64,000 nt of DNA from Tepidisphaera sp. (GTDB taxonomy: Bacteria > Planctomycetota > Phycisphaerae > Phycisphaerales > UBA1924). The notes under the pieces were generated by a model. The model was not told the origin of the DNA. It did not search any database and saw nothing but the letters and a program-made list of their open reading frames with translations. Location: NCBI GenBank assembly GCA_050916045.1, contig CP051526.1, positions 2,048,001 to 2,112,000 on the forward strand, in the 5' to 3' direction. The number at the start of each line of letters is the position of its first letter. Position 1 is the first letter of the stretch. Below are positions 52,057-61,794 of this stretch, piece after piece. The position numbers were made by a program, and so were the translations under genes.

Positions 52057-53964
52057 GTGCGAATCACAATCGGTAAGCGGCTTGGCGGAGGTTTCGGCGC
52101 GATGATCGCGCTCATGGGCATCATGGCGGGCTCTGCTTGGTACCAGGCCGGCCAGACGCGTGATGGCGTCGCTCTCCTCAACACGCACACAGCCGCGATG
52201 CGGGGGGCTTCCGGTCTTGAGCAGACCGGGCATCGCCTCGGCGCTCGCGTCAGCGAGTTCCTGCTCAACCCGACCCGACCTGGGACGCTCGAGGGCGTCT
52301 TCGAGTTCCGCGACCGCTTTGAGAAGGACCTGACTCGGGTCGAATCTCTCGCCACCGACGATGAGCATCTCGCGGCTCTCCGCGACATCGGCAACAAGTT
52401 CGGCGCACTGTGGCCCACGTTCGAAGAGATCAAGCGCCTCACCCTCGAGACCGAGACGCTCACCAATCACACCCTCGCCGGCGCCATCGGCACCGTCACC
52501 GACGATCTCTCCGCGCTCGTGACCGAAGCCAACGCCGCCAACAACGTCCCCGCGCGGGCCGCCGCTCGCCAAAGCAAGGTCGCCTGCCTCGAAGCCTACC
52601 TCGCGGCCCAGCGCTGCTTCCTGTCGCTCAGCCCCGAGGACTTCGCCGCCTGCATGAAGCTCGTCGAGGTCGCCCGGGCGGACTTCGCCAAGTCAAGCTC
52701 CAACGCCGAGTTCGGCCCCTTCGCGGCCAAGTTCGGGCCCATCGCGGAACGCTTTGAGGTCTTTGCGACCTCGTTCCAGAAGATCGTCGAGAACCGCCGC
52801 GCCGTCGGTGCCCTTCTCAACGACGAGTTCTCGCCCAAGCGCCGCGCCGTCGTCGCCGATGTGTCTGCTTTCGCCGAGCGTGTGACGGCGGAAGCCGACG
52901 CCACCGGCACCTCCGTCAGCGCCCTGGCCACCTTCGCACGCGGCTTCAGCGTCTGGATGGGCTTGGGCGTCGCCGTCGTCGGCATCGGCCTGGGCTTGGT
53001 CATCGCGAGAAAGATCACGCGCCCGATCAAGACCCTTGTCGGCCGCATGCAGGAGATTCAGGCGGAGAAGGACCTCACCAAACGCGTCTCCATGAACTCG
53101 CGGGACGAGGTGCGCGACATCGCCGACGCCTTCAACAGCCTCGTGGGCACGCTCCACGACATCATCGCCGAGGTCCGCTCGGGCACGGTGCAGATCGATG
53201 CCGGTGGCTCTCAGATCGCTTCGACAAGCCAGTCGATCGCTCAGGGCGCTTCCCAACAGTCCGGCGGTCTCCAGCAGATCGCGGCCACGATCGAGCAGAT
53301 CTCCGGACAGACCAAAGCAAGCTCGGAGAACACCCAGCGCGCCAACGCCCTCTCCCAGGAGAGCCGCCGGTCCGCCGAACGCGGTCGCACGGAGATGGCC
53401 GAGATGGACAAGGCGGTCCGCGAGACACGAAACAGCAGCTCCGAGATCAGCAAGATCATCAAGGTCATCGACGGCATCGCCTTCCAGACCAACCTCCTCG
53501 CCCTCAACGCCGCGGTCGAAGCCGCCCGTGCTGGCGAGTCCGGTAAGGGCTTCGCCGTCGTCGCGGAAGAGGTCCGCAACCTCGCCAAGCGTTCGGCCGA
53601 CGCCGCCAAGACCACCGCGACCCTCATCGAGGAGTCCGTCGCCCGGTCCGAGCGCGGCGTCCAGATCGCCGACCGCGTCGGGCAGTCCCTCGGCGAGATC
53701 ACCGCGAGCACGGGGCAGGTCAGTTCCCTCCTCTCCGAGATCGCGACGGCCGCTTCAGAACAGGCCACCGGCCTCGCGACCCTGAACGAGGGCGCCGGCC
53801 AGCTCGAAACCGCCGTGCAGCAGAACGCCGGCACAAGCCAGGAGCTCGCCTCCGCCGCGGAGGAGCTCTCCTCGCAGGTCGCGTCCCTCACCGAGCTTGT
53901 CGCCCAGTTCAGGGTCGATGACCGAAATGCCGAATCCACGGTCCGCATAACCGCCAAGGCTTGA
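52057..53964 (+). CDS. Methyl-accepting chemotaxis protein 6 (large helical sensor, no C-terminal LAxF tail)
   Basis: GTG start, TM, long sensor, TM, HAMP and [30 protein letters not shown]. Confidence 0.93.
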   Translation: MRITIGKRLGGGFGAMIALMGIMAGSAWYQAGQTRDGVALLNTHTAAMRGASGLEQTGHRLGARVSEFLLNPTRPGTLEGVFEFRDRFEKDLTRVESLATDDEHLAALRDIGNKFGALWPTFEEIKRLTLETETLTNHTLAGAIGTVTDDLSALVTEANAANNVPARAAARQSKVACLEAYLAAQRCFLSLSPEDFAACMKLVEVARADFAKSSSNAEFGPFAAKFGPIAERFEVFATSFQKIVENRRAVGALLNDEFSPKRRAVVADVSAFAERVTAEADATGTSVSALATFARGFSVWMGLGVAVVGIGLGLVIARKITRPIKTLVGRMQEIQAEKDLTKRVSMNSRDEVRDIADAFNSLVGTLHDIIAEVRSGTVQIDAGGSQIASTSQSIAQGASQQSGGLQQIAATIEQISGQTKASSENTQRANALSQESRRSAERGRTEMAEMDKAVRETRNSSSEISKIIKVIDGIAFQTNLLALNAAVEAARAGESGKGFAVVAEEVRNLAKRSADAAKTTATLIEESVARSERGVQIADRVGQSLGEITASTGQVSSLLSEIATAASEQATGLATLNEGAGQLETAVQQNAGTSQELASAAEELSSQVASLTELVAQFRVDDRNAESTVRITAKA

Positions 53965-53998
53965 GCCGTCAGCCGTTCGATCCGAAATTGGAGTTGCC

Positions 53999-54820
53999 AT
54001 GTTCGTCGTCGAATCCTTGACACAAGCCCAGTTCGAGCGTGTCGCTTCCATCGCGAAAGCCCGGTGGGGTCTCGCGCTGACCCCCGCCAAGCTCCAACTC
54101 GTCACCAGCCGCCTCTCCTCCTACCTCCGTAAAGCCCACTACGACGGCGTCGAGCACTACCTGACGCACCTCGAGAAGGAAGCCGACGAGAAAGACATGC
54201 TCGTGTTCTTCGACCTCCTGTCGACGAACGTCACGAGCTTCTTCCGCGACCGCGGGCACTTTGACTACCTCGAACGAGAGCTCTTTACCGGAATCGCCCG
54301 GGGCACCATCACCCTTCCGGGCCGCAAGCTCAGAATGTGGAGCGCCGGCTGCTCAACCGGATGCGAGCCCTACACGATGGCCATGGTCGCCCACGACCAT
54401 CTCGCCGAGGTCCGCGGCTGGGACATCAAGATCCTGGCAACCGACCTGTCCAACTACGCGGTCGACGAAGCCCGCAAGGGCTCGTACGCCAAGGACGTCG
54501 TCAAGGATCTCTCGCCCGACGTCCTGGACAGGCACTTCGCCCGCAGCGGGGAAACCTGGACCGTCAAGCCGCACCTGCGGGCGATGGTCACCGTCGGCCA
54601 GCTCAATCTGATGGACAACTGGCCGATGTCGGGGCCCTTCGACGTGATCTTCTGCCGAAATGTCATGATCTACTTCGACGCCCCTACGCGAGAGAAGCTC
54701 GTGCGCCGATACGTGGATCTGCTGCGGCCCGGCGGCATCCTCGCGGTGGGAAGCGCCGAGACCCTCGCCGGTATGAACGTCGGGCTCCGGCCCGCGATGC
54801 CCTCTCTGTACGTGAAATGA
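53999..54820 (+). CDS. cheR: Chemotaxis methyltransferase CheR
   Basis: TNVTSFFRD, WSAGCSTGCEPY, ILATDLS and FDVIFCRNVMIYFD. Confidence 0.95.
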   Translation: MFVVESLTQAQFERVASIAKARWGLALTPAKLQLVTSRLSSYLRKAHYDGVEHYLTHLEKEADEKDMLVFFDLLSTNVTSFFRDRGHFDYLERELFTGIARGTITLPGRKLRMWSAGCSTGCEPYTMAMVAHDHLAEVRGWDIKILATDLSNYAVDEARKGSYAKDVVKDLSPDVLDRHFARSGETWTVKPHLRAMVTVGQLNLMDNWPMSGPFDVIFCRNVMIYFDAPTREKLVRRYVDLLRPGGILAVGSAETLAGMNVGLRPAMPSLYVK

Positions 54821-54833
54821 CCCTGGAGGACCT

Positions 54834-55358
54834 TTGAGCGCTACGAGCACAACTCAGCCCACGGCCGCCCCGGGGAAGATCATCGTCGGTATCGCCGATC
54901 TGGCCACCACGGCCGATCCCGAGAAGACGCTGGTGACTTTCGCCCTCGGCTCCTGCCTGGGTGTCACCATCTATGACCCTGTGGCCCGCGTCGGCGGCAT
55001 GCTTCACCTCATGCTTCCGCAGGCCTCACTCAGCCCCGAGAAGTCGGCGCGATGCCCCTACATGTTCGCCGACACCGGCGTCCCGCTTCTGTTCACCAAA
55101 GCCTACGAGCTCGGAGCCCGCAAGGAACGCCTCGTCGTGTGCGCCGCCGGCGGCGCCGAGATCCTTGCAGACGACGGCCACTTCAAGATCGGGTCGCGCA
55201 ACCGCACGATGCTCCGCAAACTCTTCTGGAAGAACAACGTCCTGCTCGCCGCCGAGGACACCGGCGGTGCGCACAGCCGAACGATGTCACTCCGCCTGTC
55301 CGACGGACAGGTCACCGTCAAGAACAAGTCCGACGAGCGGGCGCTCTGGCCCCTCTAA
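54834..55358 (+). CDS. cheD: Chemoreceptor glutamine deamidase CheD
   Basis: ALGSCLGV, GGMLHLMLP, IGSRN and EDTGG..SR. TTG start after ggagga. Confidence 0.93.
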   Translation: MSATSTTQPTAAPGKIIVGIADLATTADPEKTLVTFALGSCLGVTIYDPVARVGGMLHLMLPQASLSPEKSARCPYMFADTGVPLLFTKAYELGARKERLVVCAAGGAEILADDGHFKIGSRNRTMLRKLFWKNNVLLAAEDTGGAHSRTMSLRLSDGQVTVKNKSDERALWPL

Positions 55359-55395
55359 ACCGCCAGCCGCGGCGGTCGCCGCAAGGAGACTCAGC

Positions 55396-55797
55396 ATGAG
55401 CTGCAATATTCTGATCGTGGACGACTCGCCCATCCTGAGAACCGCGATCCGCAAGGTCGCCCGCCTCGCAGGCATCCCCGACGACCGCATCCACGAAGCC
55501 GGAAACGGCCGCGAAGCTCTCGACATCCTCGAGACCGTTTGGATCGACCTCGTCCTGCTCGACCTCAACATGCCCGTCATGGACGGTGAGCAGTTCGCCA
55601 CCGAACTCCGCAAGAACCCGGACCTCGCCGACGTCGCCGTCGTCGTTGTCTCCACGGAAGCCAACCGCGACCGGCTTCAACGCATGCGTGACCTGGGCGT
55701 GATCGACACGCTGCGCAAGCCATTCGAGCCCGAGGATCTCCACCGTCTGATCCCCAAAGTCCTCGGAACAGAGAAGGTCCAAGGAGGCGCCAAATGA
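55396..55797 (+). CDS. Second CheY-like single-domain response regulator
   Basis: IVDDS, LDLNMP, VSTE and RKPF. SD aaggag. Confidence 0.9.
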   Translation: MSCNILIVDDSPILRTAIRKVARLAGIPDDRIHEAGNGREALDILETVWIDLVLLDLNMPVMDGEQFATELRKNPDLADVAVVVVSTEANRDRLQRMRDLGVIDTLRKPFEPEDLHRLIPKVLGTEKVQGGAK

Positions 55798-56261
55798 AAT
55801 CGATCGACGCTCAGATGCTCGCCGACGCCACGATCAACGCTCTCGAACGCACCGCGATGGTCCTCGCCGAAGCCGCTCCGCCCGACCAGACCGCCGAGCC
55901 CGTCACCCGTTTCGCCAGGATCCGCTACAGCGGGCCCAGCCAGGGCACCGTCGAGCTCGGAGCGACCGAAGGGTTCCTCCGCGAGGTCGCCGCGAGCCTG
56001 CTCGGTGTCGAGAGCTCCGAGGTGAACGTGGACGTCCAGGGCATGGACGCACTCCGCGAGCTCGCGAACATCCTTGGAGGCTCGGTCATCCTCGCCATGT
56101 CCGGAGAGACCTGCCGGTTCTCCCTTGGACTGCCCGAATCCGCCGGCTCACTCGATCTCTCCGTACCGACCGGTCCCAAGGCCGCGTCTTGCGCGGTGGT
56201 CGCCGAGGGCGGGGTCCTCCGGGTGAAGTGGACTTGTGAATCGATCGCCAAAGCGGCCTGA
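55794..56261 (+). CDS. Second CheX-like phosphatase
   Basis: YSGP..G and DALRELANILGG (ExxN), F.LGLP. ATGA coupling to the upstream regulator. Confidence 0.8.
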   Translation: MKSIDAQMLADATINALERTAMVLAEAAPPDQTAEPVTRFARIRYSGPSQGTVELGATEGFLREVAASLLGVESSEVNVDVQGMDALRELANILGGSVILAMSGETCRFSLGLPESAGSLDLSVPTGPKAASCAVVAEGGVLRVKWTCESIAKAA

Positions 56262-56276
56262 AGAGGAGATCCGAGC

Positions 56277-57344
56277 ATGGACCGGCAGGTGAGCGTACTG
56301 GTGGTCGACGATTCTTCGATCGTGCGTCAGGTGCTGACACGTGATCTCGGGCGCCAGCCCGGCATCCGCGTCGTCGGCGCCGCTCCGGACCCCTTCGTGG
56401 CTCGCGACATGATCGTCGCGCTCAAGCCCGATGTGGTCACGCTTGACATCGAAATGCCGCGTATGGACGGACTGACCTTCCTCCGCAAGGTCATGAAGTA
56501 CCACCCCATGCCCGTGATCGTCGTCAGCTCCCTCGCCGCCCGCGGCTGCGAGATGGCGATCGCCTGCCTCGAAGCCGGCGCCATCGCCGCCGTTCCCAAG
56601 CCCAACGAAAGCTACTCCATCGGCGACGTCACGCTTCAGATCGCCGACATCATCCGTAGCGCCGGAAGCATGCGTCTGCGGACGCCGTCCGCCGCTCCCG
56701 CAGCCCCCACGACTCCTGTCCGATTCGAGTCCGCCGCTCTCGCCGAAACCACCCACAAGATCATCGCGCTGGGAGCGTCCACCGGAGGCACCGAAGCCCT
56801 CAAGGTCGTCCTCCAATCGCTCCCCAAGCAGTGCCCCGGGATCGTCATGACCCAGCACATGCCCCAGGGCTTCACCGCCGCGTTCGCCAAACGCCTCGAC
56901 GGCCTCTGCCAGATCGAGGTCAAGGAAGCCGCCGACGGCGACTGGGTCGTCCCCGGCCGGGCTCTTCTCGCACCCGGTGACTTTCACCTCAAGCTCGACC
57001 GCGACGGCGCCCGCTACATCGTGCGCGTCGTCGACGGACCTCGCGTCAGCCGGCACAAGCCAAGCGTCGATGTGCTCTTCGAGTCCGTCGCCCGAATCGC
57101 CGGAAAGAACGCTCTCGGCGCGATCATGACCGGCATGGGTGGCGACGGTGCCGCAGGTCTCCTCTCGATGCGCAAAGCCGGAGCCGTCACCATCGGCCAG
57201 GACGAAGCATCCTGCATCGTCTACGGCATGCCCAAAGAAGCCGCCAAAGCCGGCGCCGTACAAGTTGTCTCACCTCTTGATGAGATCCCCTCGCACATCA
57301 TGTCCTTCGCCCAGGGGCGACTGAAAGCCCAAGCAGCGGCCTAG
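56277..57344 (+). CDS. cheB: Chemotaxis methylesterase CheB
   Basis: Receiver LDIEMP, GASTGG, QHMP, PSVDVLF, MTGMGGDG and VYGMPKEA. Confidence 0.96.
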   Translation: MDRQVSVLVVDDSSIVRQVLTRDLGRQPGIRVVGAAPDPFVARDMIVALKPDVVTLDIEMPRMDGLTFLRKVMKYHPMPVIVVSSLAARGCEMAIACLEAGAIAAVPKPNESYSIGDVTLQIADIIRSAGSMRLRTPSAAPAAPTTPVRFESAALAETTHKIIALGASTGGTEALKVVLQSLPKQCPGIVMTQHMPQGFTAAFAKRLDGLCQIEVKEAADGDWVVPGRALLAPGDFHLKLDRDGARYIVRVVDGPRVSRHKPSVDVLFESVARIAGKNALGAIMTGMGGDGAAGLLSMRKAGAVTIGQDEASCIVYGMPKEAAKAGAVQVVSPLDEIPSHIMSFAQGRLKAQAAA

Positions 57345-57647
57345 GGATGATTCCTCAACAGCACTGGATGCGACTGAGACGCAGAAGCGACTTCCATCCA
57401 TGCACGCACAGGTTGCTTCTGCCACATGTCGCACAATTCCCACTTTTCAAGGGCATTCCTGCTCTTTTCTACGTGCTCCGGGTCGTCAGTCCGACTCGTT
57501 GACGCATCCATCACCATCCCCGGGAAAGCAAGGGTGTTGAGGCGAAGCCCGAGACAGCATCGTGGTCGCAGCGTTCAATTCCTCGCGAACGCGCCTCGTC
57601 GAGGGCTCTTCGCCCGTGTCGCGGGAGCCTCGTCGAACGCTTGATAC

Positions 57648-58328
57648 GTGAACTATCTCGCCGACTGGACCAACCTCATGCCTACACGCCCAACGATGAT
57701 CATTGCCGACCCCCACCCGATCGTTCGGCACGGCCTGAACGAGTGCTTGGGAAGCGTTGGAGGCTTCCGCATCGTCGGGTTCGCGTGCGACGCTCAGACC
57801 GCGATTCAGCAGTGCCGCGAGCATCAGCCCCGTGTGCTCCTGATGGAACTTGAGATGCCGGGACTGGATCCGCTCGGTGCCATCGGGGACATCAAGTCCG
57901 TCAGTCCGCAGACCGCCATCGTCATCTTCACCGGCCTCTGCCGCGATCCGCTGATCGAGGACGCAGTCGGGCGCGGCGTCGCCGGGTACCTGCTGAAGTC
58001 CGAGACGCTCACCGACCTGAGGGAATCCCTCTCGTCAGTGCTCCGCGGCGTCCGGGTGTACTCCAAGCACGTGGCCGATCGCATCTGCCACCGAAACGGC
58101 GGAACCGGTTCGGCCGGGCCCGTCACCCCGCTCGCTTCCCTCCATCCGCGCGAGCTTGAGGTCCTCCGCTACATCGGCTTCGGCTTCACCAACGCCGAGA
58201 TGGCCAAGCTGATGCACATCTCGATCCGAACGGTCGAGCGGCACGTCCTCCGGCTCATGCGAAGCCTCAAGATCGATGAACGCACCCGTCTCACCGCCCT
58301 CGCCCACCGCACTGGCCTAGTCCGCTAA
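57648..58328 (+). CDS. NarL/LuxR-family regulator with atypical receiver domain
   Basis: Receiver-like fold plus LHPRELEVL...NAEMAKLMHISIRTVERH HTH. Start uncertain (57648, 57678 or later). Confidence 0.85.
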   Translation: MNYLADWTNLMPTRPTMIIADPHPIVRHGLNECLGSVGGFRIVGFACDAQTAIQQCREHQPRVLLMELEMPGLDPLGAIGDIKSVSPQTAIVIFTGLCRDPLIEDAVGRGVAGYLLKSETLTDLRESLSSVLRGVRVYSKHVADRICHRNGGTGSAGPVTPLASLHPRELEVLRYIGFGFTNAEMAKLMHISIRTVERHVLRLMRSLKIDERTRLTALAHRTGLVR

Positions 58329-58357
58329 CCTTCGCGCCGGGCCGGTATACTCGCGCC

Positions 58358-59476
58358 ATGCGAATGCCCGCCGCCCTGACTCTCATCCTGCTGCTGACCG
58401 TGTGCCTCCCCGGTCTCAGTTCGTGCATGACAGCCAAGCCGCCCGCCAACCCACCCGTTCGACTCTCCACACAGACCGGCCCGCTCCGAATCGGCATCAT
58501 CGGTCTCGTCCACGGACACGTTGAGGGCCTGCTCTGGCAAGCATCCCGGCGCGATGACATCCGCATCGTCGGGATCGCCGAGCCCAACCGCGCCCTCTTC
58601 GACCGCTTGGCCTCCAAGTACAACCTCGACCCAGATCTCTACCACCCAACCACCCAGTCCATGCTCGAAGCCGCCAAACCCGAAGCGGTCAGCGTCATGT
58701 CCTCCATTCACGACCATCTCGCCGCCGTCGAAGCCTGTGCCCCGCGCGGGGTCCACCTCTTGGTCGAGAAGCCTCTGACTTTCTCCCGCGACGATGCCCG
58801 CCGGATGGAAACCCTCGCCCGCGCTCACGGCGTCCTCGTCCTGACCAACTTCGAAACCAGCTGGTACACCTCGGTTCGCGAAGCCAAACGGCTCGTCGAC
58901 TCCGACGGCAGAGCTCCGATCAGACGCATGGTCTTTCGCCACGGCCACAAAGGCCCAAAGGAGATCGGCTGCTCACCCGAGTTTGTCGAGTGGCTGACCG
59001 ACCCAGCGGCCAATGGCGGCGGGGCCGTGGTCGACTTCGGCTGCTACGGCGCCGTGCTCGCGACGTGGCTGATGAACGGCGAGCGTCCCACCTCGGTCAC
59101 CTCCAGCGTCTCAACGCTCAAGCCCGCGATGTACCCCCGAGTCGATGACGACGCGACGATCGTGCTCACGTACCCCACCGCCACCGCCGTCATCCAAGCG
59201 TCCTGGGCCTGGACCCACGACAATAAGGAGATGGACCTGCACACCGAGCGCGGCTCGATCCACGCCGCCAAGTGGGACGAGCTCGCCCTCCGCGAAGCCG
59301 ACGCCCCCGCCAGATCCGTGAGACCCCGAGCCAAGCCAGCTCACCTTCAGGATGAATGGACCTACCTCCGGGAGGTGGTGCGCGGCAACTGCGAAGTCGA
59401 CCCGCTTTCATCCCTCGAGTACAACATCATCGTCGCGGAGATCCTCGACGACGCCCGATCGCCCCGAAAGCACTGA
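58358..59476 (+). CDS. Gfo/Idh/MocA family oxidoreductase with N-terminal signal/lipoprotein-like peptide
   Basis: IGIIGL.HGH, LVEKPL, NFETSW and GGGAVVDFGCYG. Confidence 0.9.
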   Translation: MRMPAALTLILLLTVCLPGLSSCMTAKPPANPPVRLSTQTGPLRIGIIGLVHGHVEGLLWQASRRDDIRIVGIAEPNRALFDRLASKYNLDPDLYHPTTQSMLEAAKPEAVSVMSSIHDHLAAVEACAPRGVHLLVEKPLTFSRDDARRMETLARAHGVLVLTNFETSWYTSVREAKRLVDSDGRAPIRRMVFRHGHKGPKEIGCSPEFVEWLTDPAANGGGAVVDFGCYGAVLATWLMNGERPTSVTSSVSTLKPAMYPRVDDDATIVLTYPTATAVIQASWAWTHDNKEMDLHTERGSIHAAKWDELALREADAPARSVRPRAKPAHLQDEWTYLREVVRGNCEVDPLSSLEYNIIVAEILDDARSPRKH

Positions 59477-59484
59477 GGTCGGAT

Positions 59485-61794
59485 TCACTGCGCCGACGGA
59501 TGCGTGCTCGGCGGCGGTGCGGGGGTTTCCTCAGGCCGCCCTTTGGCTTGTGAGAGCGACGTCAGGAAATCCGCGGCCCATCGGTAGATGTTGAACTCCT
59601 CGATCCTCATCCGCATCCGCGTCATCCGCAGCCGACGCTCCTTCGGATCCATCTCGATCGCCTGATGGATGGCCTGCGCGAACTCCTCCGTATCGTACGG
59701 ATTGATGATCAGCGCCTCGGGCAGATCACGGGCCGCCCCGGCGAACTCCGAGAGCACAAGCACGCCCTCCTGGCCATGCTGCTCATCTCCCTCCGACTTG
59801 GCCGCCACGTACTCCTTCGCCACCAGATTCATCCCGTCGTGCAGCGAACTGACGATGCAAAGCGACGACAGTTTGAAGAACGCGTACACCGCCGGCCCCT
59901 CGTGGTGATCCACAAGCAGGTGAATCGGCTTCCACGAATCGGTCTGCAGCTTCCAGTTGATCGAGTCCGCGAGCGACTCAAGCTCGGTGACAAGGTCGCG
60001 GTACCTCGGGATGTGCACCCGGCTGGGAGCGCCGAGCTGAACGAACGTGAACTTGCCCCGATGCTGCGGGTACTTCTCAAAGAGCCGCTCGATCGCACGG
60101 AAGCGCTCCGCGATGCCCTTCGTGTAGTCAATCCGGTCGACGCCCACGCCGACCACGCACCCGTCAAGCTGATGCTGCCGACGAAGCTCGGCGACCTGCG
60201 CCGCCAATTCATCGCCCGACGCCACGCCTCGCTCCGACCAGTGCTGCACGCTGATGGGAAACGGCCTCACCAGCGCCGTGTGCCCCTTGAGCTCCGCCGA
60301 GAACCGATCCCAGTCCAGCTTGGCTTCCACCATGCGGTCGACCGCTTCGAGGAAATTGTTGCAGTGCTGCTGGAGGTGAAACCCCAGCAGATCCGCCCCG
60401 AGCATGCCCTGAAGCAGTTCCGCTCGGTACGGGCAGATCCGAAACGACTCCGCATTCGGCCACGGGATGTGCCAGAACAGCCCCACACGCAGGTCCGGCC
60501 GCGCCGCTTTCAGCATCCCCGGCACCAGAGCAAGCTGGTAGTCCTGAACCATCACGACCGCTTTCTCGTCTCCAATCTCCTCGAGCACGGCGTTCGCGAA
60601 CCGCTGATTCGCCCGCACATACTGGTCCCAGTCACCCGCTCGGAACACGGGTCGCTCGTGCGTCAGATGGCAAAGCGGCCAGAGGCCTTCGTTCGAGAAC
60701 CCGTAGTAGTACCCCTGCTCCTCTTCCTTCGTGATCCACACCCGCTTGAGCGTGTACCTCGCATCCTCCGGCGGCACCGGAATGCAGCCCGCCGAGTCCG
60801 CGGTCATCCGGTCCGCATCGCCCGCACCGTGAGCCACCCAAAGCCCCCCCGTCGCCCGAAGCACCGGGTCCAGCCCTGTCACCAGGCCGCTCGCCGGCCG
60901 CACCAGCGTGGGCTTGCCTTCGCGAAGCTGGTGCATGTACGGCTCGCGGTTGCTGACGACGACCAGCGAATGTCCGTTCAAAGCGTCGATCGCGTGCGCC
61001 CGCAGCCGCTCCCGGGTCCACGCTTTGTCCGACCGCACGATCTCCTGCGCATCCGCACGCTCCTTGCTCCGGGCCGCCCGAAACGACGCCGCGAGGTGGA
61101 GCGTCTCATCGCGCAGCTTCGACACGGGAAGCCCGCGCGGAGGTGATTCCGGCGTGTTGCCGAACCGCAGGCGGCGCATCCACTCAGCGAGCTTGTGAAG
61201 CGGCCTTTCGAACACCACCCACGCCGCGCCCGTCGCCACGAGGAACATCCCCAGCCCGACCCCCGCGGACCACAGCAGGCCCCGGATAATCCCACGGTTC
61301 TTGCGATCCTCGAGGTAGAGCGCATCATGGAGCACGACGACGGCGCCTCTCACCTGCCCGGCTTCATCGATGACAGGCTGTACCAGCACGTGCGTGCTCC
61401 CCGCATCGCTCCGCTCAAGCTCGCTGATCTCCGTCTCCCGGAGCATCCCGGTGCGGACTACCTCCTCAACCTCTCGAGCAGTTTCGGCGATCCCTTCACC
61501 GGCGGCGAGGAGCTTGCCGTCCGCTCCATAGATCGCCATGCCCAGGAGCCTGGAGTGACCGTCGAGCCGATCGCCCATGAGCGCAGCCGCCGATTCCGGC
61601 GCGTTGATCGCCCCCCTGGCCAGCGGCGCGAGGCGATGCCCGAGAAGCTGGGCCCGTCTGGTCAGGTCGCCGAGGCCCTCCCGCTGCTGCGAGTGCACCT
61701 GAAACCAGATGACCGTACCCGCTCCGATGGCGGCGAGGGTGGCGATGAACAGTCCGAATCTCAGCGACTTGGTCGGTTGGCGTTGCTGCTTCAT
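59485..61794 (-). CDS. otsA: Trehalose-6-phosphate synthase (GT20) with N-terminal TM-sensor-TM-HAMP-like module
   Basis: VVSNREPY, YYYGFSNEGLWPLCH, VQDYQL, FWHIPWP, GVDRIDYTKGI, DGMNLVAKEY and LSEFAGAA, preceded by about 270 aa with two TM helices. Confidence 0.93.
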   Translation of the reverse strand: MKQQRQPTKSLRFGLFIATLAAIGAGTVIWFQVHSQQREGLGDLTRRAQLLGHRLAPLARGAINAPESAAALMGDRLDGHSRLLGMAIYGADGKLLAAGEGIAETAREVEEVVRTGMLRETEISELERSDAGSTHVLVQPVIDEAGQVRGAVVVLHDALYLEDRKNRGIIRGLLWSAGVGLGMFLVATGAAWVVFERPLHKLAEWMRRLRFGNTPESPPRGLPVSKLRDETLHLAASFRAARSKERADAQEIVRSDKAWTRERLRAHAIDALNGHSLVVVSNREPYMHQLREGKPTLVRPASGLVTGLDPVLRATGGLWVAHGAGDADRMTADSAGCIPVPPEDARYTLKRVWITKEEEQGYYYGFSNEGLWPLCHLTHERPVFRAGDWDQYVRANQRFANAVLEEIGDEKAVVMVQDYQLALVPGMLKAARPDLRVGLFWHIPWPNAESFRICPYRAELLQGMLGADLLGFHLQQHCNNFLEAVDRMVEAKLDWDRFSAELKGHTALVRPFPISVQHWSERGVASGDELAAQVAELRRQHQLDGCVVGVGVDRIDYTKGIAERFRAIERLFEKYPQHRGKFTFVQLGAPSRVHIPRYRDLVTELESLADSINWKLQTDSWKPIHLLVDHHEGPAVYAFFKLSSLCIVSSLHDGMNLVAKEYVAAKSEGDEQHGQEGVLVLSEFAGAARDLPEALIINPYDTEEFAQAIHQAIEMDPKERRLRMTRMRMRIEEFNIYRWAADFLTSLSQAKGRPEETPAPPPSTHPSAQ

